From a virus, in IMG/VR virus record IMGVR_UViG_3300046463_000164: DNA of 64,000 bases. One strand, written 5' to 3'. Below, piece by piece: positions 25,640 to 35,020 of the stretch (the first letter of the stretch is position 1; every line of letters starts with the position of its first letter). The notes under the pieces were generated by a model, which saw only the letters and a program-made list of their open reading frames with translations, did no database searches and had not been told where the DNA came from. Made by a program: the position numbers and the translations under genes.

Positions 25640-25847
25640 CTTGTTTCATCATCCCCATCGCGTCTACTGCATTTGCATATGAGGAAACGGGCGGAATCAC
25701 ATCAAACCAGACTCCATCATAACTCTCTTGTACAACATATCGGGATTGTTTGGCCGGCACAGCCGCCATCATCGAAACTTTCTTGCCCATCGTCACACGT
25801 CCACGATTCTGGACCAAACGACTCCAACCAGTATTCAGCATCGACAC
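25614..25847 (-). CDS. Hypothetical protein
   Basis: ORF in array; start uncertain. Confidence 0.45.
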   Translation of the reverse strand: MSMLNTGWSRLVQNRGRVTMGKKVSMMAAVPAKQSRYVVQESYDGVWFDVIPPVSSYANAVDAMGMMKQGEYRVKEV

Positions 25848-25892
25848 AATAACTCCAATATTAATGAAAGCGGGGGAAACCCCGCCAACCGA

Positions 25893-26429
25893 TTACACGT
25901 TGACCGTGAAGGACTTCATGACGTTTTCGTGGAGATCACCGAACAGTTGCTCTGCTTTGATGATCAACACTGCATCTTCTGCGTCGCCTTCTTCAAACGC
26001 GGTATGCACACGGCCCTTATGAAGGAAAATACGCGAGCGGATGAACGATTCGAACCATTGAGTCGACATCGTGCCGGCGATATCACGCCCAGCGATCTCA
26101 GCCAGCTTGGAGATCAGGATGATACGTGCGGCGGGCGTCAGCGTTGAGAAGTTCAGCGAGGGAATGCCAGCAGCCAACGCGATAGAAGCCAGTTCGGCTG
26201 CGGTATACACTTCAAGCGGAAGCAGGTTCACAAGATTGTGACCAGCGACATCACGGCCATGCGACTTCACGAAGTTGTCGTTGCTATGGCACAGAGCGGG
26301 ATGACCGATGATCAGATCGCCGTTTTCTTCAACCTTCCAAGCGACAGTAGCACCGCCCTTTTGTTCGTAGTGGCCGGTTGCCTTGTTGATATCGCGCAGA
26401 TGAATGAAGTAAATCTTACCAATTTGCAT
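25893..26429 (-). CDS. Hypothetical protein
   Basis: KGGATVA, ALCHSNDNF.K..GR motif seen in phage proteins; behind early promoter. Confidence 0.65.
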   Translation of the reverse strand: MQIGKIYFIHLRDINKATGHYEQKGGATVAWKVEENGDLIIGHPALCHSNDNFVKSHGRDVAGHNLVNLLPLEVYTAAELASIALAAGIPSLNFSTLTPAARIILISKLAEIAGRDIAGTMSTQWFESFIRSRIFLHKGRVHTAFEEGDAEDAVLIIKAEQLFGDLHENVMKSFTVNV

Positions 26430-26479
26430 TTAAATTTCCAGTTCGTTTCGGGTTAATCGATTCGCTATCGATACATAGT

Positions 26480-26507
26480 ATTATACGCTGACTATGCTAA
26501 AAGTAAA
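26480..26507 (-). promoter_or_regulatory. Early promoter
   Basis: TTTACT-N16-TATAAT. Confidence 0.6.
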
Positions 26508-26587
26508 GATGTCTTATATGAATTATGCGATATTCATATGTAAACAGCTAACTGCAGCGGTCAACAAAATCGACAAGATAATGAGTT

Positions 26588-27124
26588 TCATTTTTCACCT
26601 AAGAGTGCCCTTGCTTTAATATAAGCTTGGAAGGTTAATCCATCATAACAATCGCATTTGACGTGGTAGTCTCCATACGGAGCAATATCAGAATCATCAT
26701 CCAGGATAATAAACATCTTGGTGATGAGATCGTTTCGCTTGAGCCAATCCTTGATCTCAGCCCCACGACGATTGTCCGGATCAGAGTAATTGCGTAAACT
26801 CTGAGCCGTTCTCCATTCTGTATCTGACCTTAGAACATAAGAACCAAGATTTGGACAGGCCGCATTTAGGATCGATGCAAACGATAGATAGTTGATATCA
26901 CCCAAACGCCAGGTTGAAGAGATAACCAACTTACAATCGAAGTCTTCACAGAGTCGCCGTAGCAGCAAACAAGCGATTGGATCTAGATACGACCAGCATC
27001 CAAAATTACCCGAAGCGATGCAGGCGCGTGGGGTACATAATACCCCGTCCATGTCCAGGAAGATGATATTGCTTGCAGTTTGATATTGGGCAAGATTAAT
27101 TGCCTCTACTAATTCTTCTCGCAA
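26588..27124 (-). CDS. HAD domain protein (Swiss Army Knife RNA-repair-like)
   Basis: IIFLDMDGVL, LVISSTWR, RGAEI..WL, IILDDD, DGLT. Confidence 0.85.
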   Translation of the reverse strand: MREELVEAINLAQYQTASNIIFLDMDGVLCTPRACIASGNFGCWSYLDPIACLLLRRLCEDFDCKLVISSTWRLGDINYLSFASILNAACPNLGSYVLRSDTEWRTAQSLRNYSDPDNRRGAEIKDWLKRNDLITKMFIILDDDSDIAPYGDYHVKCDCYDGLTFQAYIKARALLGEK

Positions 27125-27363
27125 GTATATTCCTTACAAAATGCGTCTTTTTCTTCTTGAGTGGTGTATCTGGAAGCATCGCAAATCACGTCTTCATAAT
27201 ACATTGGTTGGAGGACGATAGTTGCGGTGTTTCCATTCATCACCGTGATCGGAACTAATTGTAGACCGGATTCGTGATGGCTCCTGATACATACCGTCTC
27301 AGGCGGGTGTCGAGCACAACCCGCCATAACAAGTAGTATCAGAACGGTTAGCATTTTCTTCAC
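27109..27363 (-). CDS. Putative lipoprotein
   Basis: MKKML..LLVMAGC lipobox. Confidence 0.6.
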   Translation of the reverse strand: MKKMLTVLILLVMAGCARHPPETVCIRSHHESGLQLVPITVMNGNTATIVLQPMYYEDVICDASRYTTQEEKDAFCKEYTCEKN

Positions 27364-27581
27364 TTCAGGAATTCCTTCATTTGAATATCAGTAAGAGAAT
27401 TGAGATGCTCTCTGATATTGTCCGTGTATCCGGCATGAGGGTGGATGAACGACTTTGTCTTGCCGGTCTGGGCGTCACGCAAAACCGACCTGAAGTCATC
27501 ATCAACCAAAAGGAAATAAAACGAATACCGATCAGAAGATTGTTTAATCATGGTTTCCACAACCAGCTCAATAGACCCCAA
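27360..27581 (-). CDS. Hypothetical protein
   Basis: ORF in array; start uncertain. Confidence 0.5.
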   Translation of the reverse strand: MGSIELVVETMIKQSSDRYSFYFLLVDDDFRSVLRDAQTGKTKSFIHPHAGYTDNIREHLNSLTDIQMKEFLK

Positions 27582-27823
27582 AGGGTTTGATTTCCGGTGT
27601 AATATGTATTGTAATAATAGATATCACCGATGCCGATACCAACAATGGACAACATCATAATCCAAACGATTATACCTGCCACAAAGATATCCTGCAAGTC
27701 ACCCTCGCGGACAATCAAGGTCATTATCCCGATGAAAATGCATACCAGAAAAATCGCCTGAGTCAAAAGACTGCACTTGATACCAATGACGACGCACAAC
27801 AAGATAATTGGAATCATCAACAT
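27548..27823 (-). CDS. Membrane protein
   Basis: Several hydrophobic segments; AAGGAG RBS. Confidence 0.6.
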   Translation of the reverse strand: MLMIPIILLCVVIGIKCSLLTQAIFLVCIFIGIMTLIVREGDLQDIFVAGIIVWIMMLSIVGIGIGDIYYYNTYYTGNQTLWGLLSWLWKP

Positions 27824-27835
27824 TTCATTTCTCCT

Positions 27836-28030
27836 TTAGCGGCTCAGCACGTGCTGGCAATACATCCATGAATGATCTTGGCGACACTCGTGCCAGATGT
27901 CGATGTCGTAGCTGATGCTGAGGTAGACTATGGTGAATGTTGCTAGCAACACCAAACCCACAGCCAGCCACCCAATAAGTTTGTCCATCAACGAACGCTT
28001 ACGTTTAACTTGTCTCATCATTTGCTCCAC
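27836..28030 (-). CDS. Small membrane protein
   Basis: One TM helix. Confidence 0.5.
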   Translation of the reverse strand: MEQMMRQVKRKRSLMDKLIGWLAVGLVLLATFTIVYLSISYDIDIWHECRQDHSWMYCQHVLSR

Positions 28031-29157
28031 GAAAGCATTTCGGTTTTCATTTCATTCCGCAGAACATCGATTCGATTCGAAGCCTCAATACGTTCTTGAT
28101 GGCCCTTCTCTTGGATGTCCTTCACGGCATGGACGCTGTCGATCAGAGTCTTTTGCATGAACTCCAGGGTATCCATATCCACAACCGAGCGTTCGGATGC
28201 TTGGGCCACAGCGATTGCATTCTGGCCGTTCAGCTCAGCCGCCTTACGGAAGAATTCGTTTGTCTTGTCGTCCACTTGTGTGCTCAGTTCCGCATTTTCC
28301 TTCTGCTTGATCTTCAGAATTGTCATAGACAATTGCTTTTTCCAAGCAGGGATAGTTGTATTAACCAGATCGCTGAACTTCTGATACAGCGCCGTATTAC
28401 CGGATTGAATCTGGCGAATTTCTGGTGCAGTCAGGAGAGCAATCTGTTGAAGCCGCTTCAGACGGTCAACTTGCTTATCCCACAGCTTAATCCGCTGTTC
28501 AAGCTCATTGACTTCCTGGATGAAGAACTGATCGGTTGACTTCTCAGCTTCAACCTTCTTGATCGCGTGTTCTTGACCGAGAACTTGAATCTCAGCTTCG
28601 ATTTCAGCGATTGCTTTCTCAAGCCCGCGATATTCTTCCAGATTGGCGTCATACAGCTTATCCAGAAACTCATTATCCTGCTCCATCGTCTTGCTGCGAC
28701 TGGTTAGATCAGTGGCAACTTTGTCGATGGAGGTGCTGGTGTTCTCGAATTGAGCCAGAACTTCAACCCTTTTCTTCTTGAAGAAAGAAGTCACCCCGCC
28801 AAACCAACCGCCCTTCTTGTCTACATTCAGATCAGCAACGTTGACCTGTGACGTCAGGGAAAGAATCTGGGTGATGCCATCCCCAAAGTCGCCCATCTTG
28901 CCGGTCGTAGTTTTCTTCACAACGACATCGGCCAGTTCAGCAATCTTCTTACCGTGCTCAGTGCCATACTCGCTGATCTTCATCGAACTCTTGATGCCAT
29001 TCGACTTCACGAGAGCCGTCTGACGAACCTGAACCAACTGCTGATTGGTCGGAATGTCTTGCACAAACTGAACGTTATGCGGGTTGGTTCCTGTAACCGT
29101 TCCGGTCATAACAGGCTTGGTCTTAGGCACATCTTCAAACAAATTACCGTAACTCAT
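28018..29157 (-). CDS. telA: Toxic anion (tellurite) resistance protein TelA
   Basis: ISEYG, DNEFLDKLY..N..Y, APEIRQIQ..N..L, TTIPAWKKQL, VVDMDTL. Confidence 0.85.
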   Translation of the reverse strand: MSYGNLFEDVPKTKPVMTGTVTGTNPHNVQFVQDIPTNQQLVQVRQTALVKSNGIKSSMKISEYGTEHGKKIAELADVVVKKTTTGKMGDFGDGITQILSLTSQVNVADLNVDKKGGWFGGVTSFFKKKRVEVLAQFENTSTSIDKVATDLTSRSKTMEQDNEFLDKLYDANLEEYRGLEKAIAEIEAEIQVLGQEHAIKKVEAEKSTDQFFIQEVNELEQRIKLWDKQVDRLKRLQQIALLTAPEIRQIQSGNTALYQKFSDLVNTTIPAWKKQLSMTILKIKQKENAELSTQVDDKTNEFFRKAAELNGQNAIAVAQASERSVVDMDTLEFMQKTLIDSVHAVKDIQEKGHQERIEASNRIDVLRNEMKTEMLSWSK

Positions 29158-29166
29158 ATGTTTCCT

Positions 29167-29397
29167 TTAACCGCCTATAGGCACAAGCTTCAGTTGTTGC
29201 TTGGGCGGGAGATTGTCAATATACTGGTGATCCTTCAACCAGGTCTGAATGAGGATAATCGACTTCGCGTCATCCGCATAGAACAAATCAGGCCACGTAA
29301 CCTTGGGGATATAATAGACGATGAAGCGTTGCCCCATCCTCAAATGATCTCCCTTGTTCCGGTTATGCTCCTGCATGAAAAAGTTGAAGCTCTTCAC
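29167..29397 (-). CDS. Hypothetical protein
   Basis: RMGQ.F..WPDLFY motif of a small phage family. Confidence 0.55.
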   Translation of the reverse strand: MKSFNFFMQEHNRNKGDHLRMGQRFIVYYIPKVTWPDLFYADDAKSIILIQTWLKDHQYIDNLPPKQQLKLVPIGG

Positions 29398-30191
29398 AAA
29401 ATTCCTTTCAGTGCCGTAGAAATATCTTGCAATCCATCCTTTCCGCTGATAACCGCCGATCTGATAACATTCTCAATAATCGGGATGACGGTCGATTCTA
29501 GTTCTTCAATGAACGTCTGGTTCTGCTTACAGACTTTCTCCATATCATCCAATTGTCCCGCATTCAACTTCATCAGAGCGTAGGACTTCACAAACATCTG
29601 CTGACGTCTGATGACCAAATCCTTCAGGACTGGATCTTTACAACGATCCGTTAGATAATTCAGAGCAAAGATCGTATCGTTCAGATTGTTATCAATCCGC
29701 TCCATAATCCTCTTAGCTTCTCTCAACCCTTCGATGAAAGGGTTGAGTTGGTATTGCTCCTTAATGCGAAACATTTCCAGCGCTTTGGTCAATCTAATCT
29801 TGACCTCATCCCGGATTTCCGCTGGGCTGGAATGACGCTTAGGACGACGCAGGAAGCCGATAAACCCTTTAGCCTTACTATCTCCCTCGATCAGCGCTAG
29901 AGCCTCTAGGATCAGCATTTTAGGCGGTTCTAGCGCATCCTTTAGTGCTGCGAAGTCGGTGACTACCTGATCAACGCACTTATTCGCTTCAGTTGCTTCA
30001 GCAATATTGAAATCACCAATGACCCCAACATCGCTAGGCTTCAGATTGATCGGCTGAATCGAATTGAGAATGTAGTTGATTCGCTTCGCAGTCGTCTTAG
30101 TCGAAACGGCATTCAACCAATCCTTGATATCTGCTAGAGGATCAATAGGCGCAGATTCAGCGCCAAACATTCCACTATAACGGCTCATCAA
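29394..30191 (-). CDS. Helical protein, possibly a divergent TelA paralogue
   Basis: GFIGFL and TVIP at positions analogous to TelA GWFG and TTIP. Confidence 0.5.
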   Translation of the reverse strand: MMSRYSGMFGAESAPIDPLADIKDWLNAVSTKTTAKRINYILNSIQPINLKPSDVGVIGDFNIAEATEANKCVDQVVTDFAALKDALEPPKMLILEALALIEGDSKAKGFIGFLRRPKRHSSPAEIRDEVKIRLTKALEMFRIKEQYQLNPFIEGLREAKRIMERIDNNLNDTIFALNYLTDRCKDPVLKDLVIRRQQMFVKSYALMKLNAGQLDDMEKVCKQNQTFIEELESTVIPIIENVIRSAVISGKDGLQDISTALKGIL

Positions 30192-30385
30192 TACCTCTTA
30201 ACGTGAACCATATGACCGCAGGGCGGGCAGGTGATGAAATATTCGGTCTCGCTGCAGCCATCATAGTCCTTGTAGCGATGCTCTTGAATATCCTTCGGAA
30301 TATATTCCAACGTCACGCCACAGTTACGACAAACAACTTCCTTCACAACACTCGGATGCGGAGTTGTGGAAATAACCTTAACCAT
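30188..30385 (-). CDS. Zinc-ribbon protein
   Basis: CRNC...CPPC. Confidence 0.65.
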   Translation of the reverse strand: MVKVISTTPHPSVVKEVVCRNCGVTLEYIPKDIQEHRYKDYDGCSETEYFITCPPCGHMVHVKRY

Positions 30386-30632
30386 TTGCTTCCTGCTCCT
30401 TCTTGACTTCAGCCTGAGCCATATGATACAAGGTCGTCAGCTTACGCAGCGGTTTCTCTCCGCTGATCATCATACCCGGCACACCAATTTGCTTCAGAGT
30501 TTCAACTACTTGTTCAGCAAGGGTCATATCTACCACGTCTCCATAAAACGTAAATGCTTCGTTGCGAGTACCGCCTTGGCTTACATTCTTCATAGATTCA
30601 GCCATAGCCTTGAAATACGGTAAAGCGGACAT
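30378..30632 (-). CDS. Hypothetical protein
   Basis: GGAG RBS; first gene after TATAAT at 30657. Confidence 0.6.
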   Translation of the reverse strand: MSALPYFKAMAESMKNVSQGGTRNEAFTFYGDVVDMTLAEQVVETLKQIGVPGMMISGEKPLRKLTTLYHMAQAEVKKEQEANG

Positions 30633-30725
30633 ATTTTCTCCAGGGTAACTAAGGAAATTATACTATGGCGATGGATAAAAGAAAAGAGGCGACATAATGT
30701 CGCCTCTGATCCTAACTATGAAACT

Positions 30726-31769
30726 TTAACGTACCGCATCACACCAATACAGCACTGAGCTACCTTGGAACAGCTTACGGTTAGTCGAAGTCGATTGGAT
30801 GAAGATAGTGAACTTGCTGTGGTCACCAGGAACCAAGCGGACATCACCCGATTGCGGCAGACCCAAGAGATCACGAGCCGCTGCCCCGCCATACACAACC
30901 GCAGACTTCTTGTCCTTGATCACAATCTTCTTGTAATCTTGAACCCGGCGTTCAGTCTTGGTCAGCTCATAGAAAGCCGCACCCTTGACGTAAGGCTTGC
31001 CAGTGCGGGATTCAACAAACGGCATAATCTCCGTACCATCATCAGCAGCCAGAACCTTGTAGATATTCACTTGGTCCGAAATATCAGTCAGCGCCGCTTT
31101 CACGTCCTTGGTCTTAACATCAGACAAGTCTGTGTAGAACGTCGAAGTAGACTTGACGCCAGCTGAACGAGCCGCATAGAAGCCCTTCATTGCCTGAGTC
31201 GTAGCTGCGGTTGCAACTTCCACGCCCTTAGCCGTCTGATCCCATTCCAAGATATTGCCGCCAGGGATACCCAGCGCTTCCAGACGACGCTTGGAACCGC
31301 GCGGAACGCGGAACACGAACGTCCAACGATCAGTAGCTTGCAGTCGAACAATCTCGCGTCCGATGGTCGAACCCGAATAACGTTTGGACGAATTGTCATC
31401 ACCATCGGTAATGACCATCACGAGGAAAGAAACCGTCTCAAGATGAGCATCCGGCTGACGCTTAAATTGCTCGATCAGATCACCAACCGAGTCAAAAAGA
31501 GGCGTCGAGCTACCATCCGCCTTATAGGCTTGCGGATCAAGCGTCTTCAGAGCCGTGACGCTGGCGAGCGTTGTTTCGAACACGTTACTTGCCGGGCGAC
31601 CAGTCCCACACTTAACTACGCTGACGATCGTGTCCTGACTGTAAGCAATTGCTTCTTCCTTAATGGTCGAGATATTGCTGTTATAGTCCTTAGCAGCCGC
31701 CGAAGCAATACCGCCCATCGAAGCCGAGTGATCACGGCTGATACCAATGTAATTCTTAATCTGCGACAT
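30726..31769 (-). CDS. von Willebrand factor A domain protein
   Basis: MIDAS DHSAS, G.TPLFDSVG, VITDG.DNSS; C-terminal FIQSTSTNRKL. Confidence 0.85.
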   Translation of the reverse strand: MSQIKNYIGISRDHSASMGGIASAAAKDYNSNISTIKEEAIAYSQDTIVSVVKCGTGRPASNVFETTLASVTALKTLDPQAYKADGSSTPLFDSVGDLIEQFKRQPDAHLETVSFLVMVITDGDDNSSKRYSGSTIGREIVRLQATDRWTFVFRVPRGSKRRLEALGIPGGNILEWDQTAKGVEVATAATTQAMKGFYAARSAGVKSTSTFYTDLSDVKTKDVKAALTDISDQVNIYKVLAADDGTEIMPFVESRTGKPYVKGAAFYELTKTERRVQDYKKIVIKDKKSAVVYGGAAARDLLGLPQSGDVRLVPGDHSKFTIFIQSTSTNRKLFQGSSVLYWCDAVR

Positions 31770-31772
31770 TTC

Positions 31773-31949
31773 TTATTCCTTGTTAAAAATTCGATATAAC
31801 CAACCAGATCCACTGTAGCCGTCATTGAAATAACGACGCTCGACGGCTTCCAACCAAATCCATTGATGATCTAGGGTTTTGATTGGAAACCAAGCATACC
31901 ATCTATTCCAGTGTTCTCTGATAATTGGAGGTTTTCCCTGCCATTGCAT
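31773..31949 (-). CDS. Small Trp-rich protein (58 aa, below ORF-track cutoff)
   Basis: MQWQGKPPIIREHWNRWYAWFPIKTLDHQWIWLEAVERR...; TAATG overlap with terD stop. Confidence 0.6.
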   Translation of the reverse strand: MQWQGKPPIIREHWNRWYAWFPIKTLDHQWIWLEAVERRYFNDGYSGSGWLYRIFNKE

Positions 31950-32557
31950 TAATAGCCCGGAACCTTGAACGCCGTGAAGAAGTCGCCCAGCGATTTGTTG
32001 AAACCTTCACCAACCGCTTGCATGACCCACTCGCCGCTGCCGTTCTTCTTGAACTCCACAAACATCATAGCCACTGCCGTCGATGCGTCGTCGCTCAGGT
32101 TGTAGACAGCCAGTTCCTTATCCTTGTCGTCATACACCTTGCAGTAAGCATCATCGACCTGACCGAAGTTTTGGCCGCGTGCAACTGCTTCGTGGATGGT
32201 CACAACGATAGCGACGCGCGAGGCTTCAGCCGGCATCGCACCAAAGTTGATATTGATTTGCTCATCATCGCTATCTGCGCTGCTGCCGCCAGTACGGTCG
32301 TCACCGGAGTGCTTCGCAACTCCGCCCGGCAGTTCTTGTTGACCATAAAAGCATACCCAACCGTCTTCAGCGCCAGGCAGTGTGATAACACGACCAAACG
32401 GACTCCCATCCTCTTTAAGAACGAACAACGAAGCATCCAGGTCAAAGTCGGCCTGAGTGTCAAACTTCTTAGGCTTCCAGCCCAGACCAACGATTGCTTG
32501 CTTGAGACCGAACTCTTTGCTCAGATTGAGCTTTTGACCCTTCGACAGATTCAACAT
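31949..32557 (-). CDS. terD: TerD family stress protein
   Basis: LSKGQKLNL, VGLGW, FDLDAS, HSGDDRTG, DDEQI, GQNFGQV, W..QAVGEG. Confidence 0.92.
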   Translation of the reverse strand: MLNLSKGQKLNLSKEFGLKQAIVGLGWKPKKFDTQADFDLDASLFVLKEDGSPFGRVITLPGAEDGWVCFYGQQELPGGVAKHSGDDRTGGSSADSDDEQININFGAMPAEASRVAIVVTIHEAVARGQNFGQVDDAYCKVYDDKDKELAVYNLSDDASTAVAMMFVEFKKNGSGEWVMQAVGEGFNKSLGDFFTAFKVPGY

Positions 32558-32572
32558 TTCTACAATTCCTTG

Positions 32573-32797
32573 TTACAAAAGTTTGTTGATACGATTAAAC
32601 AACTTGTTAGCATACTTCGTTTCGCCGTCACGAACGCCTTCATCATAAGCATTCATTACGCCATCTTGGAGATTTTCGTAAGGCGTGGGTTCATGATCTG
32701 GCCACGCGTCACTAATTACGTCCCTCAATAGACCCGTCAGTTCAACCGACAGGCCTAAAGAGCAGAGTTGAGCTTCTACTTCAGGCCGAATCCTCAC
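32573..32797 (-). CDS. Hypothetical protein
   Basis: ORF overlapping the DUF475 stop. Confidence 0.5.
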   Translation of the reverse strand: MRIRPEVEAQLCSLGLSVELTGLLRDVISDAWPDHEPTPYENLQDGVMNAYDEGVRDGETKYANKLFNRINKLL

Positions 32798-33822
32798 GCA
32801 GTTACTGCCTTTGCTTCAGCCTTATTGGCAATCAGAGAATGTACCACAGCGATGCCGAGAATGATTGCAGCCGACAACCCCGATACAACTTCAGGAATAT
32901 CGACAACCGTACCAGCGAACATCATAGCCGTCAATACACCAATCGACCAGAACGCGCCGTGTTCGAGATATGGCAGACCGCCAAGCGTGTCCTTTTCAAC
33001 CATATGAATGGTCATCGAGCGAACGAACATCGAACCGATACCAAGACCCAGACCGATCAGGATGATGCTATTCGATACCGCAAATGCGCCAACCACACCG
33101 TCGAACGAGAAAGTTGCATCCAATACATTTAGGTAGATGAACATACCCAGACCGGACTTTGCTGCAGTCGATACACCCGCCCCACCACCAAGCTTTTCGC
33201 CAAGATATTGAACCGCAAGCCAGGATGCTGTGCCGGCAGAGGAAGCAACCGCGAACTCAAATCCTTGGTCGACCGGAATAACAAGATACTGGACAACGAC
33301 TTCAATAATGCCAGCCAACAGAACGATACCCCAATTACCAAAACCGCTCAACTTACTCAGAAGCGTTTCGATGCCTGGAATCCAATGTTGCTCCTTTTCT
33401 TCATCCATCATAAAGGCCAGGAATACCATCAGCAAGAAAGAACCGCCAAAGCCAGCAATCTTCACATGAGCCACGCTAACCGTCGCTGCATATAATTGAG
33501 CATTCTCGAATGGGAGTGTCGCAGATTGCACTAGCGATAGAGAACTTGTACCCCATACAATCAGGATCGGGAACAGTACCCGAACGAAGAACACCGAGAA
33601 CACCATCCCCCAAGTCAAGAAGCGATGTCGCCAGGTATGATCCAGGTCTTTGAGAACTTTGGCGTTGACTACCGCATTGTCCAGAGACACCGAGGTTTCG
33701 AGAACCCCCAGAATTGCCGCAAGGAAAGCCCCTTGCAAGCCTGCGACTGCGTAACAGATCAGGATCGCAACAACCGTAAAGATGAAACTTCCAGTGTAAT
33801 ACTTCTTCAAAGTCGGAAACAT
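32794..33822 (-). CDS. TerC-like DUF475 integral membrane protein
   Basis: LETSVSLDNAVVNA, FLTWG, DATFSFDGVVGAFA, GLGIG.MFVRSMT, YLEHGAFW; ATG at 33822. Confidence 0.9.
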   Translation of the reverse strand: MFPTLKKYYTGSFIFTVVAILICYAVAGLQGAFLAAILGVLETSVSLDNAVVNAKVLKDLDHTWRHRFLTWGMVFSVFFVRVLFPILIVWGTSSLSLVQSATLPFENAQLYAATVSVAHVKIAGFGGSFLLMVFLAFMMDEEKEQHWIPGIETLLSKLSGFGNWGIVLLAGIIEVVVQYLVIPVDQGFEFAVASSAGTASWLAVQYLGEKLGGGAGVSTAAKSGLGMFIYLNVLDATFSFDGVVGAFAVSNSIILIGLGLGIGSMFVRSMTIHMVEKDTLGGLPYLEHGAFWSIGVLTAMMFAGTVVDIPEVVSGLSAAIILGIAVVHSLIANKAEAKAVTA

Positions 33823-33911
33823 TAGGTACAACTCCTACATAAAAGGATGATGAATATAAAGAGGGCAACAACCGTACCGAGGTCCATTGCCACCGCAAAC
33901 AGAGAGTCCAC
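33822..33911 (-). CDS. Possible 21-29 aa membrane micropeptide
   Basis: MDSLFAVAMDLGTVVALFIFIILLCRSCT; stop overlaps DUF475 ATG (TAATG). Confidence 0.4.
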   Translation of the reverse strand: MDSLFAVAMDLGTVVALFIFIILLCRSCT

Positions 33912-33928
33912 AAATGGGACTTCGGGAT

Positions 33929-34666
33929 TTATCGGGTCTTGATCCAATCGCACAATTCGTCGTTCAGAAGTGTCCCATACATGAACTCGTCCGAGATATT
34001 GGCCAAGTCCGGGAAGGTCACGAAGCCTACGTGATCATACTTGTCGGCCATCTTACGCAGGAACGCGAACTTGCTGTTACCCACACCAATGAGCTGAATG
34101 TACATGTTCATCGCGCCCAGATCGCGGATATGGGCTTCAGCTTCAACCGCACTGCCTTGATCATCACCGTCTGTGATGAACATCAGGAATGCAGGCGCTT
34201 GCTTGGGCTTCTCGACCGGAGCAGGCTTCTTGCCGAACAGACTCTTGAAGCTACCGATCAGGCCGGTTTGGGATGCCGTAGGGCCGGCAATAACTTCTTC
34301 CCAATCTTCCTTGACCTTCTCCAGCGCGATACCGTATTCAGTACCCGACCAAAGGTTGCCGCGACTGACTTGCTTCAAGAACTTCTTGTTCACATAGGAA
34401 CCGAAGTCCTTGGCGACGATATCTTCCACGCTCTCGACATTCGAGCCGAAAGCGTATGCTTCCAGAGCACCGTTGTCGTCAAAGCGCATCCCCACCGGGA
34501 TCAGGCGGTCCACCAGTTCTTGCATCGTGCCGTTATCGAACATCCACTTGATCGAACCGGAAACGTCCAGGACCAACTTCACTGCCATCACGATGTCGGT
34601 AGGCACGTTCCGCTTTTCCAGCGACAAACGCACAATCTCTTGTTTCTTCTCAAGACTCAAAGCCAT
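33929..34666 (-). CDS. vWA domain protein of TerF type
   Basis: SLEK, LVLDVSGS, FDDNG, GTEY, FITDG, IGVG, F.FL. Confidence 0.85.
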   Translation of the reverse strand: MALSLEKKQEIVRLSLEKRNVPTDIVMAVKLVLDVSGSIKWMFDNGTMQELVDRLIPVGMRFDDNGALEAYAFGSNVESVEDIVAKDFGSYVNKKFLKQVSRGNLWSGTEYGIALEKVKEDWEEVIAGPTASQTGLIGSFKSLFGKKPAPVEKPKQAPAFLMFITDGDDQGSAVEAEAHIRDLGAMNMYIQLIGVGNSKFAFLRKMADKYDHVGFVTFPDLANISDEFMYGTLLNDELCDWIKTR

Positions 34667-34693
34667 TACTTACTACTCCAGGTTGTAAAACGG

Positions 34694-35020
34694 TTATTGT
34701 TGTAATTCGGAGATAATGCCGCGAATCCACTTGACTCGCAATTCATTCCTTTCTTCTTGCGACATATCGTTGATCTGATTGTCAGTAAATTCATCCAGGC
34801 TAATCAGATAGTCGGTGTAGGTATAATGGCCACACAAGCGTTCTTCAATGCCTTTCTGGATACGATGAACGACGTAACGATTCACAATACCGAATTCATC
34901 GCCCATATCAATACGATCAAGACAATGACAAACGAACTCATAAATAGGGATCAATTCGATCACGCGTTCCAGAATCCGAATACCGGTTCGGATATCATAT
35001 CCATCCAAATCCTTGATCAT
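34694..35020 (-). CDS. Hypothetical protein (paralogue of the next gene)
   Basis: C..L, IEERL, R.KWI..II.EL. Confidence 0.6.
   Translation of the reverse strand: MIKDLDGYDIRTGIRILERVIELIPIYEFVCHCLDRIDMGDEFGIVNRYVVHRIQKGIEERLCGHYTYTDYLISLDEFTDNQINDMSQEERNELRVKWIRGIISELQQ

Noticed and set aside
33825-33928. yybP-ykoY manganese riboswitch upstream of the TerC-like gene
   Set aside because: Consensus elements not recognisable; a micropeptide ORF explains the gap better.
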